Source of the DNA: Macrostomum lignano
Lineage: Eukaryota
Direction: 5' to 3'
DNA: 64,000 bases
Assembly (NCBI GenBank): GCA_002269645.1
Contig: NIVC01000677.1
Span: 310,001 to 374,000, forward strand
The position numbers and the translations under genes were made by a program. The notes under the pieces were generated by a model. That model was not told the DNA's origin and did no database searches. It worked only from the letters and a program-made list of their open reading frames with translations. This document shows positions 52,159-62,994 of this stretch, piece by piece. The stretch's first letter is position 1, and each line of letters starts with the position of its first letter.

Positions 52159-52722
52159 TGTGCGCCAATTAGCACTGCGCCTCAGTGCAGCCTTGCCAAG
52201 TCTTCAAATTTCATCAGCACGTCGAACACATGTGTCTGCATCGGTTCTGACTTCGTTGGTCGCTGGCCTTCACTCGGGTGGAGCTTCTGGACCCTCAACA
52301 GCTGATGGCTGAATGCTTGACTGACTAGCTAAGGATGTCCAGCAGTTGAGGTTTGCTCATTATTGAAGCTTGATAAGAAAAACCTGACATATTTGCAACA
52401 GGATGTCCAATGTCACCGGGTGTAATCTGTTGAAGGAGCCGACGGCGTCGGGATGATGACGGAATGCTTGAGAGACTAGCTGAGGATGTCTGGCGGTTGA
52501 TTCTTGCCCACTGTCGAGGCTTGATCGGCGAAACTAGAGAGATCCGCATCAGGGTGTCCATAGTCACCTGGTGCCACAGCTGTTGAGGGTCCAGAAGCTC
52601 CACTTGAGTGAAGGCTAGTGACCAACGAAGTCAGAACTGATGCAGACACATGTGTTCGACGTGCTGATGAAATTTGGAGACTTGGCAAGGCTGCACTGAG
52701 GCGCAGTGCTAATTGGCGCACA
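52159..52722. other. Fold-back structure: 146-bp inverted arms around a 272-bp spacer with two diverged direct repeats
   Basis: Arms 52159-52304 and 52577-52722 are near-identical reverse complements; no TSD found. Confidence 0.85.
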
Positions 52723-52868
52723 ATGGTGCCTTCGCCTTGTCACGTCTTTGACGACTTTGCGAGTGGCTGTTGTGGCTTTTAGCCAAGCATGATAAGCCTG
52801 GATAGGCCATAGTGATGCATAGCATATCAGGCAAATTAGGAATAAGGAGTATAAGCAGCAGATAGATA

Positions 52869-53112
52869 CACTGGTGGACATTGAAAAGTACCCACCCTGA
52901 TCTACATAGTGAGCCTTTTCTCTCCGATCGCTACTGCAAGTTACGCAACTGGCATACTTATTACTGAATTGCACACTAAAGGAATAATAGTGAATAAATA
53001 GTAGTGAATAATACGGTTTCCCGCGCGGGATGCCAGTTGCGTGGCTTGCGGTTGCGATCGGAGAGAAAGGGCTCACTAGCTCAAGGTGGATACTTTTCAA
53101 TGTCCACCAGTG
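52869..53112. mobile_element. MITE-like fold-back (about 85-bp inverted arms, CACTGGTGGACA termini)
   Basis: Arms of about 52869-52953 and 53030-53112; TA on the left flank only. Confidence 0.6.
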
Positions 53113-53763
53113 CAGCTAGCGAAACCACAAATTGTAAGATGATCATTGTCGATTGACCACGCGTGCAAGATTTCATTCCTGTACACGTATGCGTGCAGGA
53201 TTGTAAGATAAGAACTGAGGACCAATAGATAACGTAGACAGTATAATATCGTGGAATTTAATGAACTTCTTCAGGCCGTCTCGCTTACTGTAGATCTCAC
53301 AGCCATCAATTTTCGATCGTTCCCTAGACCCACCTCCCCCAAGCCCTCGCTGCGTCTGCCATAAAATATTTTCCTTAGCCGTCCCATAGCCGCGACTCTG
53401 TGTCTGACACCCCTTCCGTGGACAGCCAGCCCTAAAAATTAAGTTAATTTGTCTACCTAGACCTTATCCGATCGACTGCAGCTCTGGTCAGATTTATAGC
53501 AGAGAGAGAGGGGGCCCTCTTACGTAGTCAATTATTTTGATAAGCGCAGCATTTTGATAAAACTTAATGTTACTATGTGGGGGCTCTGCCTCCACACCCC
53601 CTTCGCCCCCTTGACCCCTCTCTATGCACTCACTCAAATTTATGATGCAACTTAATAGTCAATCGACAATGGGATTCCAACACGCCGATGACTCATCGGC
53701 GTGCAGGAATCATTCAATCTGACATCGCATCGCACCTACCATCGCACATTGCACAGCCAAGCC

Positions 53764-54819
53764 ATGCAATCCAGCTTGCCAAACCAGCCCCGCTTCCGAT
53801 GTCTCTGCATCGCCGCGGCCGCCTGTGTGTCCTGCCTGGCCTACTGGCTGCTATTTGGTCCGGGATCAGCTTCGCTCAAGTTGATGTCGCAGTCTCGGCC
53901 AGCACGGATGTTCAACGACTGTCTAACCGACCTGCTTCTCGACTTCGACGCGGTCGTCGCTGGCGGCAGCAACGAGTCTGGCCTGAAGCTGCCAATCTAC
54001 GCGACGCTGCCGAAAGGCCAGGCGAAGCCGATCAGCTGGCAGTGCCGGCGGGCCATGAATTTGCAGTCTGCACAGCAGGCAGGGCCGCCCGCTGGCTTTG
54101 TCAAACAGGAGCTGCTGACTGAAGCTGAGCGGGACAAGATGTACAGCATCGCCTGGGAGCTGCACTCCAACTTCAGCCGGCTCGGCCTGGAACTGTTTCT
54201 GGCCGGCGGCAGCCTGCTTGGCTCCGTGCGGCATCTCGGCTTCATCCCGTGGGACGCTGACTTGGACCTGATGATTCTGGCTAGTCATAAGCCGGCCGTC
54301 CGGCAGCTGCTGATTGACATGTCCAGCTCGGACGAGTACAGATTCGCGGACACGGAGAAGAGCAACGACCACTGGCAGCTGGGAGTGTTTTGCCGCCCCC
54401 TCAGAACCAAGCCGCCCAGTCAGATTTACAAAAACGGTCGGCTTTATCCAGAGAAAGAGTGCAAAACCATTGTGGACTTTTTCTTTGGCAGAGTTGAACA
54501 AAACCAGTACAAGCGGAGTGAGCAGCCCTACTCGTTTCCTAAGGACTTTGTCTATCCTCTGTCGCTTCGGCCGTTTGGCCCCCACCAGCTGCCAGTGCCG
54601 AACCAACCCGAGCGCTTCCTGGCTGCCGTCTATGGCAACAACTACGAGTCCGAGTGCCTGTTTAAGTACTTTCAGTATAAAAAATTTACCTGCGCCTCAC
54701 TAAACAATGTGTACCCGTTTGCTCAGCACTTGGAGCTGGTCCACCGGGGCACCATTGTACGCGTTGACCTCTTAGTGCAAAACTTAACTTCGCTGGCCAT
54801 GTTCATTAAAAAGCAGTAG
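53764..54819 (+). CDS. LicD/fukutin-family protein, paralogue B, intronless (351 aa)
   Basis: TM segment CLCIAAAACVSCLAYWLLF, GGSLLGSVRHLGFIPWDADLDL motif, and YPLSLRPFG...PNQPERFL...YG motif. Confidence 0.88.
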   Translation: MQSSLPNQPRFRCLCIAAAACVSCLAYWLLFGPGSASLKLMSQSRPARMFNDCLTDLLLDFDAVVAGGSNESGLKLPIYATLPKGQAKPISWQCRRAMNLQSAQQAGPPAGFVKQELLTEAERDKMYSIAWELHSNFSRLGLELFLAGGSLLGSVRHLGFIPWDADLDLMILASHKPAVRQLLIDMSSSDEYRFADTEKSNDHWQLGVFCRPLRTKPPSQIYKNGRLYPEKECKTIVDFFFGRVEQNQYKRSEQPYSFPKDFVYPLSLRPFGPHQLPVPNQPERFLAAVYGNNYESECLFKYFQYKKFTCASLNNVYPFAQHLELVHRGTIVRVDLLVQNLTSLAMFIKKQ

Positions 54820-55692
54820 CAGTAAATGAGAATTGCTTGCAGGTAATGTAAGTGCTCTGTCCCAACACGTTTCCCAACTTCATTGTCGTAATTCTTTTTG
54901 AAAATTTGTATCAATTCCTGTCTGTTCTGCAATAAGGATCTGCGATATAGTCGCGAGCAGAACAGTTTTTTTTGTTTATTTTTGCGCTCACAGACGTAGT
55001 TGGATTAAAATATACAAGCGGTCGATGAAACAGTTTGTTGTACTGTAGGAATTCTCATTGGCTACTGTAAGATATGAAAAGCTGCATGAGCTTTATGGGT
55101 ATAGGATTAAGCTACCGATGACGCAGAGCAAGGTTCAGTCTAAGTGGGCTGCAGCACAAGCACCTAGTTCTCAAGAGTCTGGAAAATTAGAATATATATA
55201 GACTCAACTTGAAGTCGCACTTTGCCCACCTTCGAAGTGTAAAAGTCCACGAGTCAAACAAGACGCAGCATTAGAGTTCTGAATGGTCCTCCGGAGATCC
55301 GTCCACTGGCAGACAATAATTCGCCACTGAGAGCTCATCAGAATCTACAGAAGCTATACGAACTGAAGCTGAGGGTCAACCAAGGTCATCGCCGCCGGCG
55401 GAGTGAACATCTGACCCAAAAGTCCCTCTTGTTTTTATCGAACCTGATATTAACTTTACACCAACCTATAGAAGAGTAGGGGTGCTGCAGGTTTACACAG
55501 ACACATTTTCTTAATCTGCTTTAGGCTCGAAGCTTTAAGCAAAAGTACAGCAGGTCATGCACATGTCGGGTCAGACATCGGTCAAGTAAGACACCGACTG
55601 CACACGTGAGTAAAGACTGAATCTCGTCAGCCACAGTTTTAGTCAGTTATCACGGGGGCAGTTCTCATGAATCAATTGCCAGCTAGCCAGTC

Positions 55693-56547
55693 TCAACTGG
55701 GCTCCATCAGCGAGTCCGTCACCCGCAATAGCGGCCTACTGTTGGAATCTTCGGCCAGCCGACTGCCTTCGCCTTCGTGGCAGCAGCAGCAGCAGCAGCC
55801 GACGCCGCCGCCGCAGCCGTGCGGGCAGAGGTCGCCCCGGCGGAACTGCGCCGCCAGCAGGCCGGCCAGGGCCAGCGAGACCAGCAGCACCCCGGCCGAG
55901 GCGAAGCCGCCGGCCAGAGCGGCGCTGAAGGCGGGCTCGCCGGGCCTGCAGAGCGCGGCGCTGGCCAGGGCGAGCAGCAGGATGGCAGCGGCTGCGGCCG
56001 AAGTGCACTTCAGCCAGAATATCGCCTGCAGGAGGCGGTGCGGCTCTGAGCCAGACGGGAACAGGCGAAGGTGGCAGACGTCGCACTGACCGTCTCTGCT
56101 CGATTCGTAGTCGAACTTCTGGGATTTTGATTTGGGATCGATTCGAGTTCAACTTGATTGCACGCTTGCGAATGAGCTCAGTGTGTTTGAGTTGGGCTCG
56201 GCATGGCTTTGGTCAAATTCTATATAAGCCTGCAACAAATTCTACTCTCAAGAGCTCTTTCCCATATGCTTAAAGCTGACGAGGTAAGATACTTCTAGCA
56301 ATGTAGCCTAGCTTATGGCTAACAGATCAGAGCAGCCCACCTGCAAGCACCGGTAGCAGATGTGCCGCATGGATCCAACGGAGCAGTTGCAGTGCAATTT
56401 TACCAGACTATTCAGCCGGCTGCTGCTACTCAGCAGGTCGGCTATAAACATGGCCAAGCTGCTCTCAATCTCGTCTCTGGATTGCAGGCAGATCCGGCAG
56501 GAACTGCAGCTGTCCGCGTCTCCACCAGAACCATCGTGTTTCAACAT
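55693..56547 (-). CDS. MARCH-like membrane RING-variant E3 ligase (exons 56547..56341, 56118..55693; 210 aa)
   Basis: CRIC...LHCNCSVGSMRHICYRCLQ|KFDYESSRDGQCDVC via a phase-0 GT/AG join, followed by two hydrophobic TM segments and a Cys-rich tail. Confidence 0.75.
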
Positions 56548-56996
56548 GCCGAGTCTTCCTGACAGTCTTTAGTCGGAGATAATGTCGCACCATAAACAGT
56601 TGGTAGTTGGCTAGAAATTCTGCCGGCTCTTGCAAAGAGAGACAGTAGTGAGTATTAAATAGCGAATATCAGACCATTTCCGGAGCACTGCTCACAGATT
56701 TCCCAGGCCAGTTTTGTGCGCGCAGTACGCTATAGCTGTGCGCAAACTATAGGTTTAGTCGTCGCTTCTTTTGTTCTTTCACCGTTCTGTATGAATACGA
56801 GAGCAGACTCGAATTTATGTGAGACCATCGGTTGGAATTAAGCAGTGCGGTTGCTGCCGCTGCCTAGGGTTAGAGCTGCCTCGGCCAGTGTTAGAGAATG
56901 AGCTAGAGATTGTGTCATTTTTGCTTTCCTTTCGCAGTTTACCAGTAGATTTGTAGATTATACTATGTGATGTATTAAACTGTTAGACCTGTATTG

Positions 56997-57618
56997 ATCA
57001 TGTCTGTACCATCCAGCTGCGGCTTGAGGTGCATCTTCCACTGGGTAGTCTACAGTGTGATCATGGCTGTGCCATCCAGCTGCGGCCTGAGTTGCATCTT
57101 CCACTGGGTAGTCTACAGTGTGATCATGGCTGTGCCATCCAGCTGCGGCCTGAGTTGCATCTTCCACTGGGTAGTCTACAGTGTGATCATGGCTGTGCCA
57201 TCCAGCTGCGGCCTGAGGTGCATCTTCCACTGGGTAGTCTACAGTGTGATCATGGCTGTGCCATCCAGCTGCGGCCTGAGTTGCATCTTCCACTGGGTAG
57301 TCTACAGTGTGATCATGGCTGTGCCATCCAGCTGCGGTCTGAGTTGCATCTTCCACTGGGTAGTCTACAGTGTGATCATGGCTGTGCCATCCAGCTGCGG
57401 CCTGAGTTGCATCTTCCACTGGGTAGTCTACAGTGTGATCATGGCTGTGCCATCCAGCTGCGGCCTGAGTTGCATCTTCCACTGGGTAGTCTACAGTGTG
57501 ATCATGGCTGTGCCATCCAGCTGCGTCCTGAGGTGCATCTTCCACTGGGTAGTCTACAGTGTGATCATGGCTGTGCCATCCAGCTGCGGCCTGAGGTGCA
57601 TCCTCCACTGGGTAGTCT
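56997..57618. repeat. 63-bp minisatellite, about 10 copies
   Basis: GATCATGGCTGTGCCATCCAGCTGCGGCCTGAGTTGCATCTTCCACTGGGTAGTCTACAGTGT units. Confidence 0.95.
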
Positions 57619-57626
57619 GGGTAGTA

Positions 57627-57910
57627 GGAGAGGAGAGGAGAGGAGAAGAGAGGAGAGGAGAGGAGAGGAGAGGAGAGGAGAGGAGAGGAGAGGAGAGGAG
57701 AGGAGAGGAGAGGAGAGGAGAGGAGAGGAGAGGAGAGGAGAGGAGAGGAGAGGAGAGGAGAGGAGAGGAGAGGAGAGGAGAGGAGAGGAGAGGAGAGGAG
57801 AGGAGAGGAGAGGAGAGGAGAGGAGAGGAGAGAGAAGAGAGGAGAGGAGAGGAGAGGAGAGGAGAGGAGAGGAGAGGAGAGGAGAGGAGAGGAGAGGAGA
57901 GGAGAGGAGA
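57627..57910. repeat. (AGAGG)n pentanucleotide microsatellite
   Basis: More than 50 nearly perfect units. Confidence 0.97.
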
Positions 57911-58003
57911 ATCGTTTGCTGAATAGTAGAAATTTCAACGTCTGCTTTGACAAAAAGTGTAATCTTTTTTCAGATTTCTCCTTATACTAATCGCCTTTCA
58001 CAG

Positions 58004-58286
58004 CGGTTTCTGCATCGAGCTGGGGGCAGCAATCGCCGTGCTTCTGGCATCCAACGTCGGCATCTCCAATCAGCACCACCCACTACTGCAGGTTGGCAGC
58101 GTCGGCTTCTTTTGCAGCGGGAAAAGCGTGAGCTGGTCGATTTTTCGCAACATTCTGCTCGCCTGGCTGGTCAAGCTGCCCGTTAGCGCCGCGATCAGCG
58201 CCGGGATCATGGCCGCGCTGCCTGCGCGTCACTGCAATGTGACGCTGATCAACCACAAAATTAAGAGCTGCGCTGAATTTTCCTGA
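58004..58286 (+). pseudogene. SLC20A: Orphan last exon of an SLC20/PiT phosphate transporter
   Basis: After acceptor TTTCACAG: GFCIELGAAIAVLLASNVGI...VGSV...SVSWSIFRNILLAWLVKLPVSAAISAGIMAAL. The PISTTHCKV motif is scrambled by compensating indels, and no upstream exons were found in the window. Confidence 0.75.
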
Positions 58287-59472
58287 TGTGCGTCCCATCC
58301 AGATTTGGCAGTTCCATCATATGGCTCATGGCACCCGCATCGTGACCATTAAAAAAATCAGCTTTAAGTAAACATTAATCGCGTCTACATTATATTTGTT
58401 TATGTTCGTTGTGTTAAACTAGTTTACTTTCGTTACATGTATTAAACGAGCTAAATTAGGCTTGTTCCATTATGCAGTGTTTGAAATACGAGTACTCGAG
58501 GCGCTTCAATGCTAACATAGAAAACTATAAATTTTCTTTCAATTCCTCTGTGATTTCGTTAGAATCCCTCTTGTTGCAAGGAATACAGATGCATGTCACA
58601 CAACTACATGTAAATGCATGCATTTAAAACCCACATATTTCGTTTTAAGAATTTTAATTCATTTAGGGCAACAAAGTAGTTAAGTAGTTATATAAGTCAA
58701 AGTCAAAGTCAAAGTCAAAGTAGTTAAGTCAAACTAGTTAAGCCTAGTGTAGAAGTTTGGTACTATAGTCCATGATTAATTTTTAGTCCAAGCTGTGCTA
58801 ATACGCTGTGCTTTAGAGAGTTATTAAGACCATAAAAATCTTCGGTGAAGCCAAAGTGGAAAAAAACTTGTGGTGAATTTTAGCAACAAAACCTGTTGTT
58901 TGGTGAATTATTATCGTGAAGAGGCAGAAAAATTGCATACGTGCTATACATACAGTAAAAATTAAACGTCGATTTTGGGCACTTGGGCCCAGACCCAGAC
59001 AGACGTGATGTTATTTAATTGAAGTCCACGTTCTGCCAATGAGGAAAACCTAAATTTTCTTGCTAGGTGTAAAATTATGCAGTAAATGCTTTAAAAACGA
59101 AGAAATATTTCGCTAAAATTACTTCTTTATCGAGCTAGCCACACATTGCTATCAAAGCTTAGTTTTAACGTGTGAATGGCTAAGATTATTTCCTGGAAAA
59201 GCTACTACTAGTTCGAAAGAGAACTGAAATTCCATTTAATTTGCATGTAGATCTAATTGTTAATTATGAAGAACGTTAATTACGTTGTTAAGTTGTGTAA
59301 CATAATATTTTTATTGACCTACCGTATTGCAATGATCAGTTGGTGATTTGTTGTCTTTTTTATCTATCATACGACATTTAAGGCTTTTGCCTAGGACTAC
59401 ATAGGGTTTCTGCTTGTGCCTAGGGTTTCGCTTAGCCTTAGGTTTATTTGAGTGAGTTTTTGTGAGTCGTTT

Positions 59473-59735
59473 TTATTTTCCTGGGAGGTTCTTGTTGACA
59501 ATGGCATCTGGGTCAGTGACTAGAATGCCCTGATAATACTTAAATTGGTTGTATGTAGCGATAGCCAATAGTTTTGCTGTCTGGCAGAAGCAGCAAAGGA
59601 GAGGATGACTATGAGGTAGCAATGCCAACATCAACATCACAACATGCAGCATCTTTGTTTTGCCATAGTTGATATGGAGCCCCATGCGCTTCCCCTCATT
59701 GGCCAGCCAACTCACCACTCTCTGTGCAGCTTCAA
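59473..59735 (-). mobile_element. Decayed non-LTR reverse-transcriptase fragment (RTE/CR1-like)
   Basis: LANEGKRMGLHINYGKTKML and QFKY motifs typical of the RT C-terminal region. Confidence 0.55.
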
Positions 59736-61684
59736 GGCTTTAGCAAGTCAGCGCTAGGCCTAAGTCATTGGCATATAAGTAAGGCAGGTCAGCTTGATGC
59801 AAGGAAAGCAAGAGTGGGGGGGGGGGCTAGGCCTAGTGTAGCACCACTTCATAGCCATCTTCACCACACTCTAAATCTGTTACACAGGTACAGATCTAGA
59901 AATTTTTTAATACGTATTAATAGGTAATCTATTAATAAGCATTAAGATTTTTCGTTAATGTTGATGTTAATAGGTTGCTAAAGAAGTTAAAAGAAGTTAA
60001 GACATTACAAATGTATTTGAATTTACCTAAATGCCTAATTAGCCTAATCTCTTTTTTATTTATGATGATAATGATGCAAATATAACAACTTCTTACTAAT
60101 GAACTTTAATAATGAATCAAAATTGTGAACTTTATTGCCTGCACATGAGCATCTGCCAATCCCTGGCATCAATTGCTTTTATTCACTTCTTTCCCAATCT
60201 CTTCTGCTACACCTGCTAATGCTACTCAAACAACCTGCCTATTTGTATTTTACCCTATTGGAATAAATGTTGAAAACCTGCGGATGCATACTTTAGAAAA
60301 GAGTCAAACTATTTTAGGATTATTAGAGATTATTATTTAGCTTTAGGATTATTAAAGATGTTCCAAAAGAGCAGTTTCATCAAAATCAAAATTCACTAAC
60401 TTTCCAAAATTAAAATTGAAATTTTCCAAAATCATAATTTAGAAAAACAAAGTTTAGCATGACCAACACTCACTTTTTTACGTTTAATTTACTGCTTATT
60501 ATGCAAAACAAAATACACGTATGTGTAATAGAAAAAAGTTTTTTAGCAACCTTATAAGACATTTCCAAAATTTTGACTTCTAAATTTTTTGAAAATTGAA
60601 ATTCTCTCTTAAGAAAATTAAACTTTGGAAAATCAAAATCAAAATTTTGGACATCTCTAAGCTTTATAAATTAAAAGTGTATAGACCCCTTCCACAGAGG
60701 TATTAGACCCCTTTCCATGTATACATATTTGCTGGAGCAGCAGCCAGCAGGAAAGGGCACCGTGCATGTAGGTGCTAGCACCTTGTATGCACTGCGCTTT
60801 AAAAAAAATTCAAAAGAGCATTGGATGCTATTTGTGGTTTTACTACTTTTTCCTATAGGGGTATTTTATTATTAACTATTTAGCTTTTAAGTTTCAAATA
60901 AATAAGTTAACTCTTTTACTGTATCCTTACTTTTAGTAGTATTATGATAAGTTTAAAAAATTATTATTTATTACTTTTTTAGCTTGTAAATCCCTTAGAT
61001 GACCTCTGTGTTTCACTAATAAGATGGAAAAGCAAAGACAATGCATTATGAAGTCTGTTTTATAAAAAAGTGCTTGATTTCTATATTATGTGTTAACTTT
61101 AATGGATTAATGCTTATTAACAAATATCAGTTAACTTAACAAAATTAATAGTTAATAAGTTAATATTTTTTTGTTTTAATGTAACACTTTTGCCTTGCCA
61201 TTAATTGAAGTTGAGATTTTTATTAACAGTGCCCAACACTCATTGTATGCTAGAATTTTCTATAATATATTAAGATTGAAAGTGGGATATCTATATTGCA
61301 CAGAGCCAGCTACATAGATTACATGATGTAATTGATTAGGATAACTAATTAAATGGGGATAAGGTGTTGCCTAGGTAGTGGCAAATTTAGATAATAGATA
61401 TAGGGCCATAGTCATTCAAGACAAAAAGCTAGGCCTAGCCATATTGCAGCATATTGGCCTATTTAATTTATTATATTATTTAGCCTTTTTAATGCAACTT
61501 CTTAAGTTACAATTAGGAGTTTTGAATAAAAAAAATTTTTTATAGTTTATAGTTTATTTAATAGTTTAATAGTTCACTCTTTTTGGACAAAACTATTTTA
61601 TAATATATTTGGTCTTCTTAGTGCAATATCCATGTATAAATAAATAAATAATATTCATTTATGCCAATCAAGTTGCACAGGCAG

Positions 61685-62899
61685 ATGTCACAAAATTACC
61701 AGGTATTGGGAATTATTGATCGAGGCAGGCCTGGTGTAGTGATCTACAAAGTGGTAGACAATGCTCAGGCCAGGTGTGTGTTTTATACTTGTAACATGAT
61801 GATACTGTACCAACATTGAAGCTATTTCCTGTTTCTTAATTTCCTGTAGAAAAATATTCCATATTCCTGATTTTTCATTAGAGTATTGGATCATGCAGAC
61901 TTAGTGCTTGGTGTTTTTGTATTGCTTTATATTCTTTTATTGCTAGTCTTCAGTAGGCAATCGTAATAGGAATTCAAATGAGTGCCACATACATACTAGT
62001 ATAAGTAGACATGCCACTTAAAAAATGCAATCATCTAATCTTTTAGTAGCACTGTAAGACTAGCAACCTTTTTTTGTATTGATAAAAAATCAACATTATC
62101 AAATTATTTTTTTTAGTTTTTAATGCCGCGAAAGTTGCCTCTGGCTCTCTACAAGCAGACCCATTCAATTAGCATCTTCAAGCTGCACCCAAATCCAGTG
62201 CATGTGCATAGCAAGCAAGAGAGAGAAGGGGTGGCGCTCCAGCCAGACCGAAAACAGTTTGGCTTTCTTCTTACCCGCTTGTATCTACCTCCTTACTGAT
62301 CTCTGATTGGCTAAGCCAGACTGCCAGATTGAGCCTGCCCCTAAGCCTGAGTTTCGTCCGTCTCACTTTCACCTCTCTCCTTACTGCTCTCTCATTGGCT
62401 GAGTCATTGAGTTAAATGCCTATTGTTAATTCTACGAGTGTCCCTAAAGGTAAAGGCCACAAACCCCGAAGAAGAAAAGGAAATTTTAGCTGCCAAATTA
62501 GATTTAAGTGACACTGCGCAGACAAACTACTGAAAAAGAGTAGACGCTCTTTTTTTCACAACTTTAATTGCGAGTGACATATCTCGTTACTCTCATATAT
62601 TTTTATGTGACTAGTAATGGGAATTTAGTTTCAACAAGTCTTACCTTTCTGACGGTATTGAATTCTGGTCACTTAAAATCTTGCTGCTAACGTAGTGGAA
62701 TCACCCTGTTACTTATCAACTTTATCGAAACAGAATCTTCGCTATGAAGAAGGTGTGCTTAGACAGCGAAGAAGAGACGCGGTCAAGGTCCTTTGTCGAA
62801 CGGGAAGCCAAGCTGCTGCAGAGGCTGTCCTGCTCGCATCTGGTCTGGTGCTACGCTGCCTTCGCTAACGAGGACTGCACCACCTTCTCCATTGTCACT
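61685..62899 (+). CDS. Ser/Thr protein kinase (NEK-like), first two exons (61685..61773, 62734..62899), partial
   Basis: MSQNYQVLGIIDRGRPGVVIYKVVDNAQAR|IFAMKKVCLDSEEETRSRSFVEREAKLLQRLSCSHLVWCYAAFANEDCTTFSIVT| covers subdomains I-V with in-phase GT/AG joins. Not present in the supplied ORF track. Confidence 0.75.
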
Positions 62900-62994
62900 G
62901 TGAGCTAAATTGTTTTTTATTTTTACATGCTGCTCATAGTGACAATCTGACATGGCTTTTACTATTTCCTGGAACTTTAGAATTAGACTTTGGG

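Noticed and set aside
55310-55370. Hammerhead-ribozyme-like CTGATGA...GAA on the minus strand
   Set aside because: It has GAAT instead of the required GAAA and lacks the NUH cleavage triplet before stem I.
56958-57953. About 300-aa ORFs on both strands
   Set aside because: Made entirely of the 63-bp and AGAGG repeats.
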